From Trichoplax adhaerens (taxonomy: Eukaryota; Animalia; Placozoa): a stretch of 64,000 nucleotides of DNA. The notes under the pieces are model-generated. The model worked only from the letters and a program-made list of their open reading frames with translations, was not told the DNA's origin and made no database searches. The stretch lies in assembly GCF_000150275.1 (NCBI RefSeq), contig NW_002060960.1:350189-414188 (forward strand), in the 5' to 3' direction. Below are positions 15,001 through 27,187 of the stretch, one piece after another (position 1 is the first letter of the stretch; the number at the start of each line of letters is the position of its first letter). Made by a program: the position numbers and the translations under genes.

Positions 15001-15721
15001 TAGATGGATAACTAATCTGTTTGCATGGATTTTTATCATCTGTCACTCACTGCCTTGTCTTGTTAGTGGAAAAACGATTATCGATACTCTAGTTCTTCAT
15101 GCGCTAAGATTATTTTACAGACTGCAAGATACTATTCTAAAAATGGTTAGCAATTTATACTTCAAAAGTTGGCTAACTTCACAGTTGCCGATACGAGAAA
15201 ACGTTTTATTTACTTTCGATTTTTAAACACTAATGCAATTTTCCGTATAAAATGTTAGCGTGAGAAATAATTACGCCTATTGAGCAAATATTTCATGCAG
15301 ATAAGATTCGATTTCTAAATTGATTTACTTTAATACGATTTACCGCAATTGACTTCATCGAATCCGTTTTTACAGTGCAATTTGCAATCACAAAACTGCG
15401 ATGCATCAAGACTAGCAGCTGAATTCCCGCATTGTAGTGTATGAATTTCTGAAAAAATATCACAATATAGCCTTGATTTAATCTATATATATACTGTATA
15501 CAATAAATAGTCTTACAGTGAAAGTCTATTAAAATCAAGTCAGTTATGATAACTGCTCCGTTATATTATATATCAATTCCATCACGTCTAATTAATAGTA
15601 GTATATCGCTTCAAGGAGAATGCTACATAATTTAAAGATTCAATGAATTATACAACTACCCGAATTCACCTGGAATTAGTAAACCAAGCAGTAGTAAACT
15701 TTGAATAGTAAATAGCACCAT
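65..15721 (-). CDS. Signal peptide + LDLa + LRRNT + >=26 LRR receptor ectodomain (RXFP/type-C LGR-like); 3'-partial, continues beyond position 1
   Basis: Exons assembled by hand, all with GT donors and AG acceptors and compatible phases. 15721-15670 MVLFTIQSLLLLGLLIP (signal peptide); 15448-15344 EIHTLQCGNSAASLDASQFCDCKLHCKNGFDEVNC (LDLa); 14767-14699 ERSICVMPSSNITLATVDYYVKMG; 13314-13227 CSCSNSKMNCVNRHLNQFPKHWIIPYQKV (LRRNT). Phase-2/2 LRR exons follow: 11827-11756, 11319-11242, 11159-11088, 11004-10933, 9676-9605, 9290-9219, 8299-8228, 8117-8046, 7717-7646, 7487-7416, 6948-6877, 6320-6249, 5857-5786, 5526-5455, 5341-5270, 4322-4245, 4111-4040, 3885-3805, 3640-3569, 2944-2879, 1982-1911, 1703-1632, 1103-1032, 920-849, 635-561, 315-232, and probably 133-65. 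Examples: NLSFNRIKNVTAMTFYGLSSLQKL, HLGHNILSQLPTGVFSSLYSLRNL, SLEENRITTLKQNTFVGLYRLMEL. GPCR identity is inferred from the LDLa-LRR order only. Confidence 0.88.
2507..2690. repeat. Diverged intronic tandem duplication, period about 110 bp
   Basis: tttcaaattttc...ggtggattt-tatgtttct-ac-atac-atat-aatt-aa-ata at 2507-2580 and 2617-2690. Confidence 0.7.
15344..15448 (-). other. LDL-receptor class A (LDLa) module exon of the LRR gene
   Basis: 105-nt phase-1/1 exon encoding QCGNSAASLDASQFCDCKLHCKNGFDEVNC, matching the LDLa C-terminal pattern C-D-x4-C-x-N-G-x-D-E-x2-C. Confidence 0.8.
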
Positions 15722-18410
15722 ATTGATCACTTTCATTTCCAAGAACATCTCGGTAACGATGCTAATCTGAAATTATGAATGTGGAAGGCTTGGCTTACGT
15801 TAAAGTACTGGACCGGCACTACTGTTGTAATGCAAGTATCCTATTAAAATTTATTTTAATCAGAAGTACATAAAGTATAGAAGACGGTTTAAATTTCTGG
15901 AAAAGACGTCATTTATTATAATAAATAGCTATTGTAACAATTGCTAATTAAATTTAATTAGTTCATATCTCTAATCTATTTTTCGTTCTTGGGAAAAATT
16001 TTTGTTAAGAATCTTGCTAGCTGACCATATTATTAATGTGTGTTTAAAGTTAGAATAATGTAAATGGAAGTCAGTTATTTATTGTCTAATTAGCGAGAAA
16101 AGACATGCGCAATCTTATAAATGAAGTGTTTAGGATTTCATTTATTAAAGACAAACTGGGAGTATATAGTTATTACTTTCAGCTCTTTGTAACAAAAAGA
16201 AATCGCCAGGTCCAAAAATGTGGTACTCTCTATACCTACACTTGGAGCAGTATCGATAAGGAATTACTTAACAAGCAGTGCCTCAGTAATACTCATCCAG
16301 TAAAGTTACCTTAACACCGCACGATCTATATCTACTTTTATTATTAATAGCTAAAAGCCTTATATGACAATATACATGTTTTACAGCAATACGAATATCA
16401 TACATAACGCGATACACGAAGTGAGGTTGGCCAATCGGAATCAAACAACTGCATAAAGATTGAAAACGAGACTTCGATGATAATAATATTTTTCTTACAC
16501 AAATTTAGAAATCAAAGTTGAGGTTTCTGAGAGAGCCGCATACAAAATAGTTTTATCGAAAGCAATAACACAAGAATTAAACACACTTCATACTCGTTTC
16601 TATGTAATCAACGATGCAATATAAACCGTATTTAAACACCTATCTTAATAAATTTAATATCTTACTACAGTATTGAATGCTTCACATCAAATTAGTTACA
16701 GTCAATAGTTCACTCTATGACAATAGTCGACAAGCAAAGCATTTGGATTAGTTGATCTAAATGTTTATTCATTTATGCATGCATAGCATAACTTGGTAAA
16801 GAAAGCGTAACAATCTTATTTTAGAAAAATAACTAAATACAATACTTTCTAACATTAGCGTAATTGGATATAATAGCAGAGATGCTAATTTTCATAAATA
16901 TGACTTCGGTGACCGTAAACTCCATTATGATTAAAATAATAGAAGAAGGATAATTGGATTGGCTATCTTATTCCTTTGAATAAGTCACGTTTTAAAAAGA
17001 TTTTTATGCTCATTACTGCAGTTCGTATAAGCATATCAATCGTGATTTTTTTTTATGAAATGTAATAAATTTATTGCGAGTAACCTTAAATTACATATTA
17101 AAAGTACAAGTTTTGCTTTCGTATTAATAGCCTGTATCGACAGTTACGAAAGTAATGGAATTGTAGTCATTTTAGATAGTTCACAGAAGTAAAGTATGTT
17201 GAAGCAAGATTAAAATAAAATAAATAGCAATGATGTGATTATAGGAAGAAAAAGAAATATAAATATTTCATGATAGTGTACGTAATGAACAGAGTATACA
17301 ACAGCCTGCCTTAAATTCACTACACATCTCTTGTGTTCACGATAAATAATTAATATTAAATGGTTAATACTGTATGTTGAATAGATGTGGTACTATATTG
17401 TTATCTTTGCTCTCTTTTTCTTTCAATGAAAGCTCTAATTTACTTATCTAATTATATTTCGGATCTTGGTAATTAGGAAGAAAGTCTTTTTAATAACGTT
17501 ATAGCTTCCTAATCAGAATAACATTTTTTAACAATAATTTGGTCATAGGTATATAAAAGAGCTGTCCATATTTCTTGAGAAAGTAATAGAATAACTTCCC
17601 ATTTATGAATATTTATATGCCATATGTTTTCTTCATTGATATTCAATCAATTTGACATTGCATGTTGCTGAAAAATTTTCAAAAACTTGCCTTAATTACT
17701 GTATTGCGGGAAAGTCATAGAAATTAAAGTATCCAATTGAAATTTGGGATTATGAGTTAGAAACATTGCAGCTGCCAATAAATTCCGATTTTCAACAGTT
17801 TTATTATATGTTTTTCACAATTAATTAATCGCATACATATATATCCCTCCGTTATGTAAAAAATTACTAGAGGTTACTAGCAGAGTATAGGGCTATTTTG
17901 TATAATAAATGCTTGCTAAGAGGAGGCTGCTTGATTTGCTAAAATAATTTTCTTGAGCAAAAAAGATGTAAGGTATTTCAATTTGGGAAATCTTTTATTA
18001 AAGGGCTCTTTGAATTTGCTATTTCATTTAGTTTTGTTCGATAAATCTGTGATCTTCACCACAATGCAACATAGTATTGATAGTAATGAATATCGTATGA
18101 GTATTTTTAATTGGAAGAATAACGTGAATCCTAGGCTACAAAATTTAGAAGATGCAATTGCTCTGTTTCATGTGACGCCACCGGTACAGAAGCAAATTTA
18201 CACATTTAACTGACAAATGTATATGATAAGTACAATAAAAAGTACTGCAGCTCACTAAGTTTATAAGATGTTGACTTCTGCTATATCTAATGACTGAAAT
18301 AACTAAATTAGCTCGAAAGATAGCAATTAAAACTGAAGCAATAGCACGCAAACTAGAGGATTCCTACAAAACAAGCACAAACAGTATTATAGTCGGATTG
18401 CCGGACTTAT

Positions 18411-20740
18411 TTATTTGGCTTTGACAGCTTCATGACCATCTCCTTAATTAATTTCTGGGTCTTGGGACTAGCTAGTGTTGCTACAAATTGCTGTCGTTCT
18501 TTATCACCAGATTGAGAATAGCGATTCATAATATTTCGACGGAAGAGTAGTTTACAACCATGACGAGAATGATCTAATAATATTTGGAAACAGTAACGAT
18601 TAACTATTATATAACATGCTTGCTAATGCGCAGATTGAATTGCATTCTACTGTATGTACATCGATGATTGTAGTGAATGATGTACAGTAGTTAGACATGA
18701 CTAAATATGTCACGTACGCGTATTGTTATCGTTAAAATTAAACAACGATTATAAATTAATAAATAGAAGTACTCGTATCCCCTACCCGGCACGCTTAAAA
18801 ATTCTTTCATCCGCTTTTGAGCTTCTGTTAGTAACTCTTCCTTAGAAACTAACTGATCAACTAATCCTAATTTAGCGGCTACTACCTCAGGAAATAAGGT
18901 ACCAAGTTGCACATGGAGATCTGCGTTCCTATTACCAATGGTATCTTTGTATGCTTCCAGTAACCTGATAATATATTATGATAATTATGGTATACCCTCC
19001 TTCTCTATATTTTCATTCTTAGTTGCATATGCAACGATCAATTCTGGCGCACGGTTACATCACTGTAAAAGCGATAAATACTCAGCTGGCTTTAATTTAC
19101 GATTAAACTTACCAAAACGGAATTTTCATTCCCTAAAGAATATGAAAATAGCATTATTATTTCAAGAAATGTCTTTTAATTGATTAAGATGATCTTTAAC
19201 AGATTCGATACAGCAATAACAATATATTAAGAAAGCTTACCAGCCTAGATTCATTTAATCCAATTATGTAAGGTTTTTCGTCTCCTTTACTCATTACCCT
19301 GTAATCACATGCGAGAGCAATGGCGCAGCCTCCAGCAGTAGCGTGGCCCTAGAATAATTTTATTATCAAACGCTTATTATTTGCAACGCTATAACATTGT
19401 AGTAATAGATCAGTATAACGTCATCTTTAGATATTCCTTAATAAGATCAAGCTAACATTGATAGCAGCCACAGTGGCTAATTTTGATGAGTAAATACGAA
19501 ACCAAAACTTTTCTAGTCCACCCAGAAACTCGTCTAGTTCAGCCACCGATGATAGCTGAGCAACCGCTTTGAGGTTTAGTCCGCCTGAAAATATTTGCGG
19601 CAGGTCCTGCATTTGAAATATAGTGTTACTATGCAAAATTAGGAAACCATATAACATTTTAAGGTAGATTTATTTCCGTCTGCGTGGTATATGCGTCGAT
19701 TCTTATAGTAGAGACGATTTACTTGAATAATTACTGATGTTAATAACGTCAAGTTTACGAAGAAGTATTAGTCAGTAAGTTGTACGACCTATAAGGCTAC
19801 AATTCATGATATATGCCTAACACATTGAGTATAGAAACTAGAAATGATGTTGATATTGGTCAAAATACGAGTACATATTTTGGTATGCAGGGACAAGTTT
19901 CAAACTTTCAAGTGATACAATCATGGGATACCGTGCTGAATTGCTGGCATCTATAAATTGGTGTGCCAATAGAGGCAACATTGAGATTTACTCTAATGAC
20001 TATCTTCAATTAGTAATTAATACGGGTAAAAAGCAATGTCCAGCTGATACTGTACGTTAAGAAAAATAGTTTGCAATTGTATGCAACATCCAATCTAGCA
20101 CGTCGACAATAGCAAGGTGATTGACTGCTTATTATCCTGTTCGACATGTAACGCTAGAAATGTAATCAATCAGCTTTGGATACATGGTCAAAACTAGTCC
20201 ATTGGAATAATGGAAGTGCGATCTGCAACGTGTGTTATCGATGGCAACACAGTATCAATTGCCCGATAGAGTAGCGCAATTTGCACTAAAACTTACCGAA
20301 GTGAGAATCACGCCTCGGCAAGAGTTTTCCACCTCATTAAATACGTCATTAAATTCTTGGAAGAAACTTAAATCCAATGCATTTCCTGGTGATCTAGCCA
20401 TCCTAACAGTGGCAACTTCATCTTGGACGTCGACCTTAAAATTGGCGCTACCACCACTAGATAGGGTGCGATTGGCTGCCAATAAACAAGATGGAAGACC
20501 TTGAAGAAGGCGGCGTGCACCGGACACCCCGATTACTGCTCCTATCCAATCAGTCCCGTTACAATAACATGGTTTAACGATTAAATTGCATGCAGTTTTC
20601 AATTGAAATAATTATACAACAATAAATTAATCCGGTAGAAAGAATGTCAAAGTGTCGTAGTTAAATTATGACATAGTTTAGTTTATTTTAAGTTTAGCGT
20701 CCATGATGGATATTTGCGTGTACTTACTTGTTAAGGCCAT
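18411..20740 (-). CDS. ECI1: Mitochondrial enoyl-CoA delta isomerase 1 (crotonase superfamily), copy A, 7 exons
   Basis: Exons 20740-20728 (ATG GCC TTA ACA A), 20541-20297, 19606-19457, 19348-19241, 19132-19113 (20-nt micro-exon GMKIPFW), 18964-18786, 18573-18411. Motifs: FSGGLNL, AAINGHATAGGC-x5-CDYR, and IGLNESRLG-x3-PFW carrying the catalytic Glu of ECI1. The N-terminal presequence is Arg-rich and acid-free. Ends ...KLSKAK*. Confidence 0.93.
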
Positions 20741-20789
20741 GTTGTTGTACGCAGAATTTTGGACAGTCGATTGACGCCACTCTGAGTGT

Positions 20790-20920
20790 GGTACTGTACA
20801 GTACAGTACTGTACTGTATACCCGCATGCTGCAGTACTGCAATGGGCGTGTCTCATCGTACAGTACTTTACTGTACTGTACAGTGTACAGTATGTCCAGT
20901 ACAGTACGGTACTGTACTGT
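20790..20920. repeat. TACAG/GTAC-rich low-complexity repeat upstream of ECI1 copy A
   Basis: gtactgtacagtacagtactgtactgta...gtacagtacggtactgtactgt, 50-180 nt upstream of ATG 20740. Confidence 0.8.
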
Positions 20921-21020
20921 GGGAGGGGCCGAGGGGGTCGTCTATTTTTGCTGCAAAAGTTGAGCTCAAACGGGTTTGCATTACGGTTAGACAATTTTGA
21001 GCTTGCTCGCCATGTTTAGT

Positions 21021-21158
21021 CATGAACTACGAATAACACTACTGTATATGAACACTTTCATGCTAAGCTACGAAGAACACTACTGTATACAATATACAGT
21101 ATGAACATTTCATGCTAAACTACGATTAACACTACTGTATCCAATATATGAACACTTT
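21021..21158. repeat. Three imperfect tandem units of about 40-52 bp
   Basis: The core ctacga-x-aacactactgtat...atgaacac/tttcatgctaa occurs three times. Confidence 0.75.
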
Positions 21159-23393
21159 AATGGTAAAAGAAAGTCCTCCACCAATATTCACTCCAGCGCG
21201 TTCGATAATTTTTTTGTCCAGTATTGTACAAAACAACACCGATTTTTAGTAGCTGATTCACTCGAATTTGCACTAGAGATCAGTAACCGACACTGCTAGA
21301 GATGTTAGGCTTGACAATTTTTGTTCATTATTTGCATTGTAGCATCAATTCAGTGCGGCTATCTGGTTGGTTGTACAAGGTACTGTGAGCATTTCTCAAA
21401 CTTTATGTTTGTCTACTATATGAATTGAATCAGATCTGCTCGATATTTGACTAGTGCATAGTATTGATGATCAAATCATTCCAAATTCTTTCATTTCTTG
21501 GTTCTTGCACACCGTCTGTGAAATGTTTTAGGCAGATGGTTTTGTTTATTCGACCGAAGCACTGTTGTTTACTGCAGTTTGCAGTGCTTCGGGAGGACGT
21601 TATATTTCGGGTCAAGAATTCTCTTTTACAGGTCATTTTTAATTGCAATGGACGTCTGTCATCGTACACTGTACTGTTTACAAGTCGATCTTAAAGTAGT
21701 CACCAAGTTGGCTAGTTACAAAATGGTGAAAGTCGCTATCTACTAGACTACTACATCCTTTAGAATGTATAATATCGTAAAGGATTACATGAAATTGGGA
21801 ACAATTTAAATGTTTCGTCAGGTACTGTACTATCCTATGTAATGTGAGATTGCGACGCTAATGGTATAAATTAGACTTCGAAGCATATATGATGTTATGT
21901 TGATTCCGACATGATTACTATCGCAGTATTTCATTTAGTTATAGCATGGTGACATAGTACCGTATTGCAATGGTTTGCGTTGTACGATAGTAGTGCCTAT
22001 AACAACGGTAACCTAATGATTGCTAACATCAATTTGGTATGGAGATACCAATTGCGTGTTACCTGTTACGTAATATAATACAGTATATAACTAGTAAAGT
22101 AATCAAACTGAGTTAGTCTTGGATAGTGAGAGCGGAGTCGTAGACGTGTTAATCCTGATGTTAGGCAGATGAGATTGGAAGATTCTGGGATTAAATAAAG
22201 GTAATTTTTAAGGAACTTTACATTGTGTGAGTGTGAGCGTTGAAACTAGCCGGAGTACATGACCATTCCTTCTAGCGGTTCAAGTGGGAAATACTAAAAG
22301 TGTAACATATTGCATATTCAATCAATTTCAAAATGCCCGCTATTAAGAATTCGTAATAACTGTTATGATTCGTAGATTAACTATTACAAATATACAAAAT
22401 CTGTAATAGAGCATTCTACTGCATGCACGATTGAACGTTGTATTCGCTTGCAGTGCTATATTGCATTATACTGCGCGAGACAGTAATACAGTAGTTCGTA
22501 TATATGCTTATGATATAGCACAGTTCTTCTTGTACCGCTGCATAATCATAACAATAGCTGGGATAGCATAGTGTACTGTATAAAGGGTTGAGATTGGAAA
22601 TAAAGAGGAGATACACGTGCATTCTAAACCATCGAGGTTACTTGATAACAATAATTTACCTTAATAACTGTATTTCTGAAAAGTTATAAAAATTAAAGTA
22701 TACAATTGAAATCTGGCAACATGAGTTAGAAATATTGCAGTTGTCAAGAAATTTCGATTTTCAACAGTTTTCTTCTATTTTTACGATTAATTAATTTATT
22801 TAATTGCATACAAGTACATTCCGTAATGTAAACTTTTATTAGGCATTAACAGTAGAATATTCAGTTGATTTATAAAATAAATGTAGGCTTAAATTAAGCT
22901 GCTTGATTCCTCGGAACAATCTTCTTGATCCAAAGATGGCATACAATATATCAGTGTGGAAAATCTTTTTTGTAAAAGCGCTCTTTGGTATAGTTATTTC
23001 ATCTAGCAATGTTAGATGAATCTATGATTTTCTACCCTAATGCAACTTAGTACTATTAGTAATGAATACTCTATAAGTACAGTATCGTATGATACGTATT
23101 CTTCTGAAGGATGCACATCCTTGCCTGCACCAACCAACAGATTAAATCGTTCTGCTTGATGTGGTGCAAACAACACGGAAGTAAATACGTATGTATAACT
23201 CACAAATTCATATGACAGCTATAATAAAAAATACTGTAGATCACTTGGTTTGTAGGATGTTAACTTCTGATGTAACTAAAACTAAAACAACTAAATTAGC
23301 TCGAACGATAATAAAATTATTGAAGCAAGAACACGCAAGCAAGTAGATTCGTACGAAACAAATCCGAATAACCTCATAATTGGGTTATCAGAC

Positions 23394-26352
23394 TTATTTG
23401 CGTGACTTTGACAGCTTCATCATCATCTCCTTGATTAATTCCTGGGTCTTGGGGCTCGCTAGAGTTTCTATAAATTGCTGTCGTTCTTTAGCGCCAAATT
23501 GAGAATAGTGATCGAGGACCTTTCGACGTAAGAGCAGTTTGCAACCATAACGAGAATGATCTAATAATTTATTTGGAAATTATAGCGATTAATTGTTATA
23601 AGTTTGTAAACAATTATAATATGTATACATCTGTGATTCCAATAAATGATGTATAGTAATTAGATGTAACTGAATAAGTCATATCATTAAAATTAAACAA
23701 TGATTATAAATTAATAAATACAAGTACTCGTATTCCCTACCCGGCACGCTTAAAAATTCTTTCATCCGCTTTTGAGCTTCTGGTAGTAACTCTTCCTTAG
23801 AAACTAACTGATCAACTAATCCTAATTTAGCGGCTACTACCTCAGGAAATAAGGTACCGAGTTGCACATGGAGGTCTGCGTTCCTATAACCAACGGCATC
23901 TTTGTATGCTTCCAGTAACCTGATAGTTATTTATATTTTATTACCATAATTACGGCATACTATTTCCCAATATTTCATTCTTAGCTGCATATACAACGAT
24001 CCATTCTATTCGCTAAACTTATAGCAATCCAAAAACGATAAATACCCAACTGGCTTTAATAAATTATTAAACTTACCAAAACGTAACTTTCAGTCCCTAA
24101 CGGATATGAAATAGCATTATTAATTCCGAAAATGTTTTCTAATTGATAATGATGATTTGTACATATGATACACTAATAACAACATATTAAGGATACTTAC
24201 CAGCCTAGATTCGTTTAATCCAATCATGTAAGGTTTTTCGTCTCCTTTAGCCATTACTCTGTAATCACATGCGAGAGCAAGAGCGCAGCCTGCAGCAGTA
24301 GCATGGCCCTACAATAATTTTATTATCAAATTATTTGCATTGTTTTCAACTTTTTAGTTGTAGTTTAGTATAGCGTCATCTTTAGGTATTCCTGAATAAA
24401 TTCAAGCTAACATTGATAGCAGCCACCGTGGCTAATTTTGATGAGTAAATACGAAGCCAAAACTTTTCCATTTCGCGCACAAATTCGTCTAGTTCAGCCA
24501 CCGATGATAACTGAGCGACTGCTTTGAGGTTTAGTCCGCCTGAAAATATTTGCGGCAGGTCCTACAATGTTGAAATATAGAGTTGATACCTAAACTCATA
24601 GGTTAGCCTTACAACGCTTTTAAGCAGAATAATTTCCATCTGCGTGGTATAAGTGTAGATTTTTATGTAACTTGCGCGACCTACGAGGCTACGACTTATT
24701 ATTAGTGACAGCGATAATATAACGTATAGTACGCGAAGTATAACGAGCGAGGGATCAACTAGTGTACTGTACCTAAAATGATCTTACTGTGTAGGAAGTA
24801 GACATGATGTTGATACTGGTCAGAAGGCTGTAAAGCGAAGCAAAAGAAAGAAATATCTATCTTACTACGTGTATAGTAAATGCGTACCGACAGTCAGATT
24901 CGTACTACTGGTCGTCAAAGCATTTCAATTTGCACTACAATTAGCTCCGCGGTATTTAGCTTTTACTAATTGCACTGTATTGGCTACAAAGATTGTATGT
25001 ACGCCATTTGAGTTGCAATTTTGTCCTGGTGAACATGAAATGTGGCTTTACCTGCTGGATATTATGCAATTTAAACTGAACATACAATTATCACCGTGTT
25101 AATATCAGACTAGAACGGGCAGCGCTAATTACTCCGCGCATATTCCGTCTATAATCAATCCGTTAATTTTACGATGAAATTGACTTAATTTGCTAATGTA
25201 ATCGTATGGATAGTACTTGTTTAATTATATAGATAATAATTAATATATAATTAATTTTTAGCATCCAATATCCATTTCGAGACAGTAAAATTTGAATATT
25301 ACTGTATGGAATATATCCAATACCATTTCAGATATACGTATAATAAATACTATATTCCTAGACCATTACAGCAGTTAACCATAATTGATCAGCTCAAGCA
25401 TTGTGAAAGGACAACTAATTAATCTATTGTAAGACCAACTTCCCTGCCGGATGATAGTGCAACGGTTGCCCGGAGATTGACAACGAACGTATTTTGGTAT
25501 AATGTAAAAAGACAATTTCCAATCATTCAAATTTTAAAATCAAGGGATATCGGACTGAATCGCTGCCATCTATAGAATTGGTATGCAAATAGAGACGACA
25601 TTGGGGTTTACTCTGATAACATATAATTAGCTAGTGAGTCATTAATACAGTAGCAGCATCTAGCCAATACGTCAATAAAAGCTCGTTTAAAATTCTGTGT
25701 ACAACATTCTATGCAGAACGTGACGATGACACTGTAATCGATTACTGCTGATTATCCTGTTCTATATGGGTATAGAGGTATCGATTATCGTCCACTATAA
25801 CGCTGAAAATGCCGTTAATCCTCTTTGCATGACGGTAAAACTAGTCAATTTAATGATTCATAGAAGGCTATCTGCTACGTACAATCTATTATAATTATCC
25901 ATGATAAGACAGTCTCAATTGAGGATTGAGCAAGCTACGACAAGACTAACCGAAGTGAGAATTATGCCTCGGCAAGAGTTTTCCACCTCATTTAATGCGT
26001 TATGAATTTCTTGGAAGAAACTTATATCCAATGCATTTCCTGGTGACCTTGCCATCCTAATAGTGGCAACATCATCCTGGATTTCTACATTCAAATTGGC
26101 ACTACCACCACTCGACATGGTGCGATTAGCTGCCAATAAGCAAGATGGAAGCGATTGGAGAAGGCGGCGTGCACCAGAAACTCCTGTTACTGCTCCTACA
26201 GTAACCAGTAAGTCATGTTACAATAACATCGTTTCAGGATAAAATTGCATGCAGTTTGCGATTGAAATTATTATACATCAAGGTCAAAGTACGGACACTT
26301 TTACTTTAGCGTCCATGCTGGATATTTCTTTGCACTTACTTGCTAAGGCCAT
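23394..26352 (-). CDS. ECI1: Mitochondrial enoyl-CoA delta isomerase 1, copy B, 7 exons
   Basis: Exons 26352-26340, 26195-25951, 24561-24412, 24308-24201, 24096-24077, 23919-23741, 23560-23394. Exons 1-6 have the same lengths as copy A (13/245/150/108/20/179). GLNESRLG is intact. Ends ...KLSKSRK*. Confidence 0.93.
26278..26293 (+). promoter_or_regulatory. ERR-type extended half-site / DR1-like element in intron 1 of ECI1 copy B
   Basis: TCAAGGTCA at 26278-26286, continuing as AGGTCA-A-AGTACG. The homologous position in copy C has TGAAGGTCA-A-AGTACA (32694-32709). Confidence 0.4.
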
Positions 26353-26419
26353 GTTGTTTTTTGCAGGAAGAGCGAGCTGTCGACAGAGGATTGATTGATT
26401 GATTGATTTACCTGACCCT

Positions 26420-26586
26420 ATACAGTGTACAGTGTACAGTAGAGAGTCCAAAAATATACCGTAAGGTCAAGTCTTACTGTACAGTACAGTACTGTACAGT
26501 ACTGTAGGTCAAGTACTGTACAGTACAGTACTGTAAGAGGTCAAATACTGTACAGAGGTCAAGTACTGTACTGTGTGAGGTCAAGT
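26420..26586. promoter_or_regulatory. TACAG/CTGTA low-complexity array carrying five AGGTCA half-sites, upstream of ECI1 copy B
   Basis: AGGTCA at 26464, 26506, 26538, 26556 and 26578, each followed by AG or AA, separated by TACAG/TACTG repeats, 110-230 nt upstream of ATG 26352. Confidence 0.5.
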
Positions 26587-26619
26587 AGAAAGCCCTAAAA
26601 AAGACCTGGACCTGAAATG

Positions 26620-27187
26620 TTCGTGATCTCCTCCAGTAATGAATTGAATTTCTGCATTAAAAGTATCGCTGAAATTACTGAAATAGTGTATGCATCAATT
26701 GCAATGAAATGGACTTGATTCCAATTTTGGGGAGCGAAGTTGAGTCTGCTCTACGAAATGTACACTTATACAATGTACTGTACAAAACTACGAAAAACGA
26801 CTCGACATGCTGCATTGTAAACACGTTAATGGTAAAAGAACAGCTGCAAGATATACTAGCTGATCCGCTCAACCTTCTGCTAGAGATCAGCAATATTCGT
26901 GATCTCCTGCAGTAGTGAATTAAATTTCTGCTTCAAAAGTATCGCTGAAATTACTGAAACAGTGTATGCATCAATTGCAATGAAATGGACTTGATCCCAA
27001 TGTTTTGGAGCGAATTTGAGTCTGCTCTACGAAATGTACACTTATACAATGTACTGTACAGTAGACTGTCATCGACTACGAAAAACGACTCGACATGCTG
27101 CATTGTAAACACGTTAATGGTAAAAGAACAGCTGCAAGATGTAGTAGCTGATACGCTCAACCTTATACTGTACTAGAGATCAGCAAT
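26620..27187. repeat. Direct tandem duplication with a unit of about 276-290 bp
   Basis: 26620-26895 and 26896-27187 both begin ttcgtgatctcct and end ctagagatcagcaat; this explains the paired ORFs 26709/26985 and 26675/26951. Confidence 0.9.

Noticed and set aside
18411-18430. Peroxisomal targeting of the ECI1 copies
   Set aside because: The C-termini are KAK, SRK and PRK, which are not PTS1 signals, and the N-termini look mitochondrial
20728-21019. Three overlapping Cys/Tyr/Val/Thr-rich ORFs
   Set aside because: They are by-products of the stop-poor TACAG/GTAC repeat and overlap the ECI1-A start and promoter region
21021-21158. Short spaced repeats as a possible CRISPR array
   Set aside because: The units are degenerate tandem copies without unique spacers, the context is eukaryotic, and there are no cas genes
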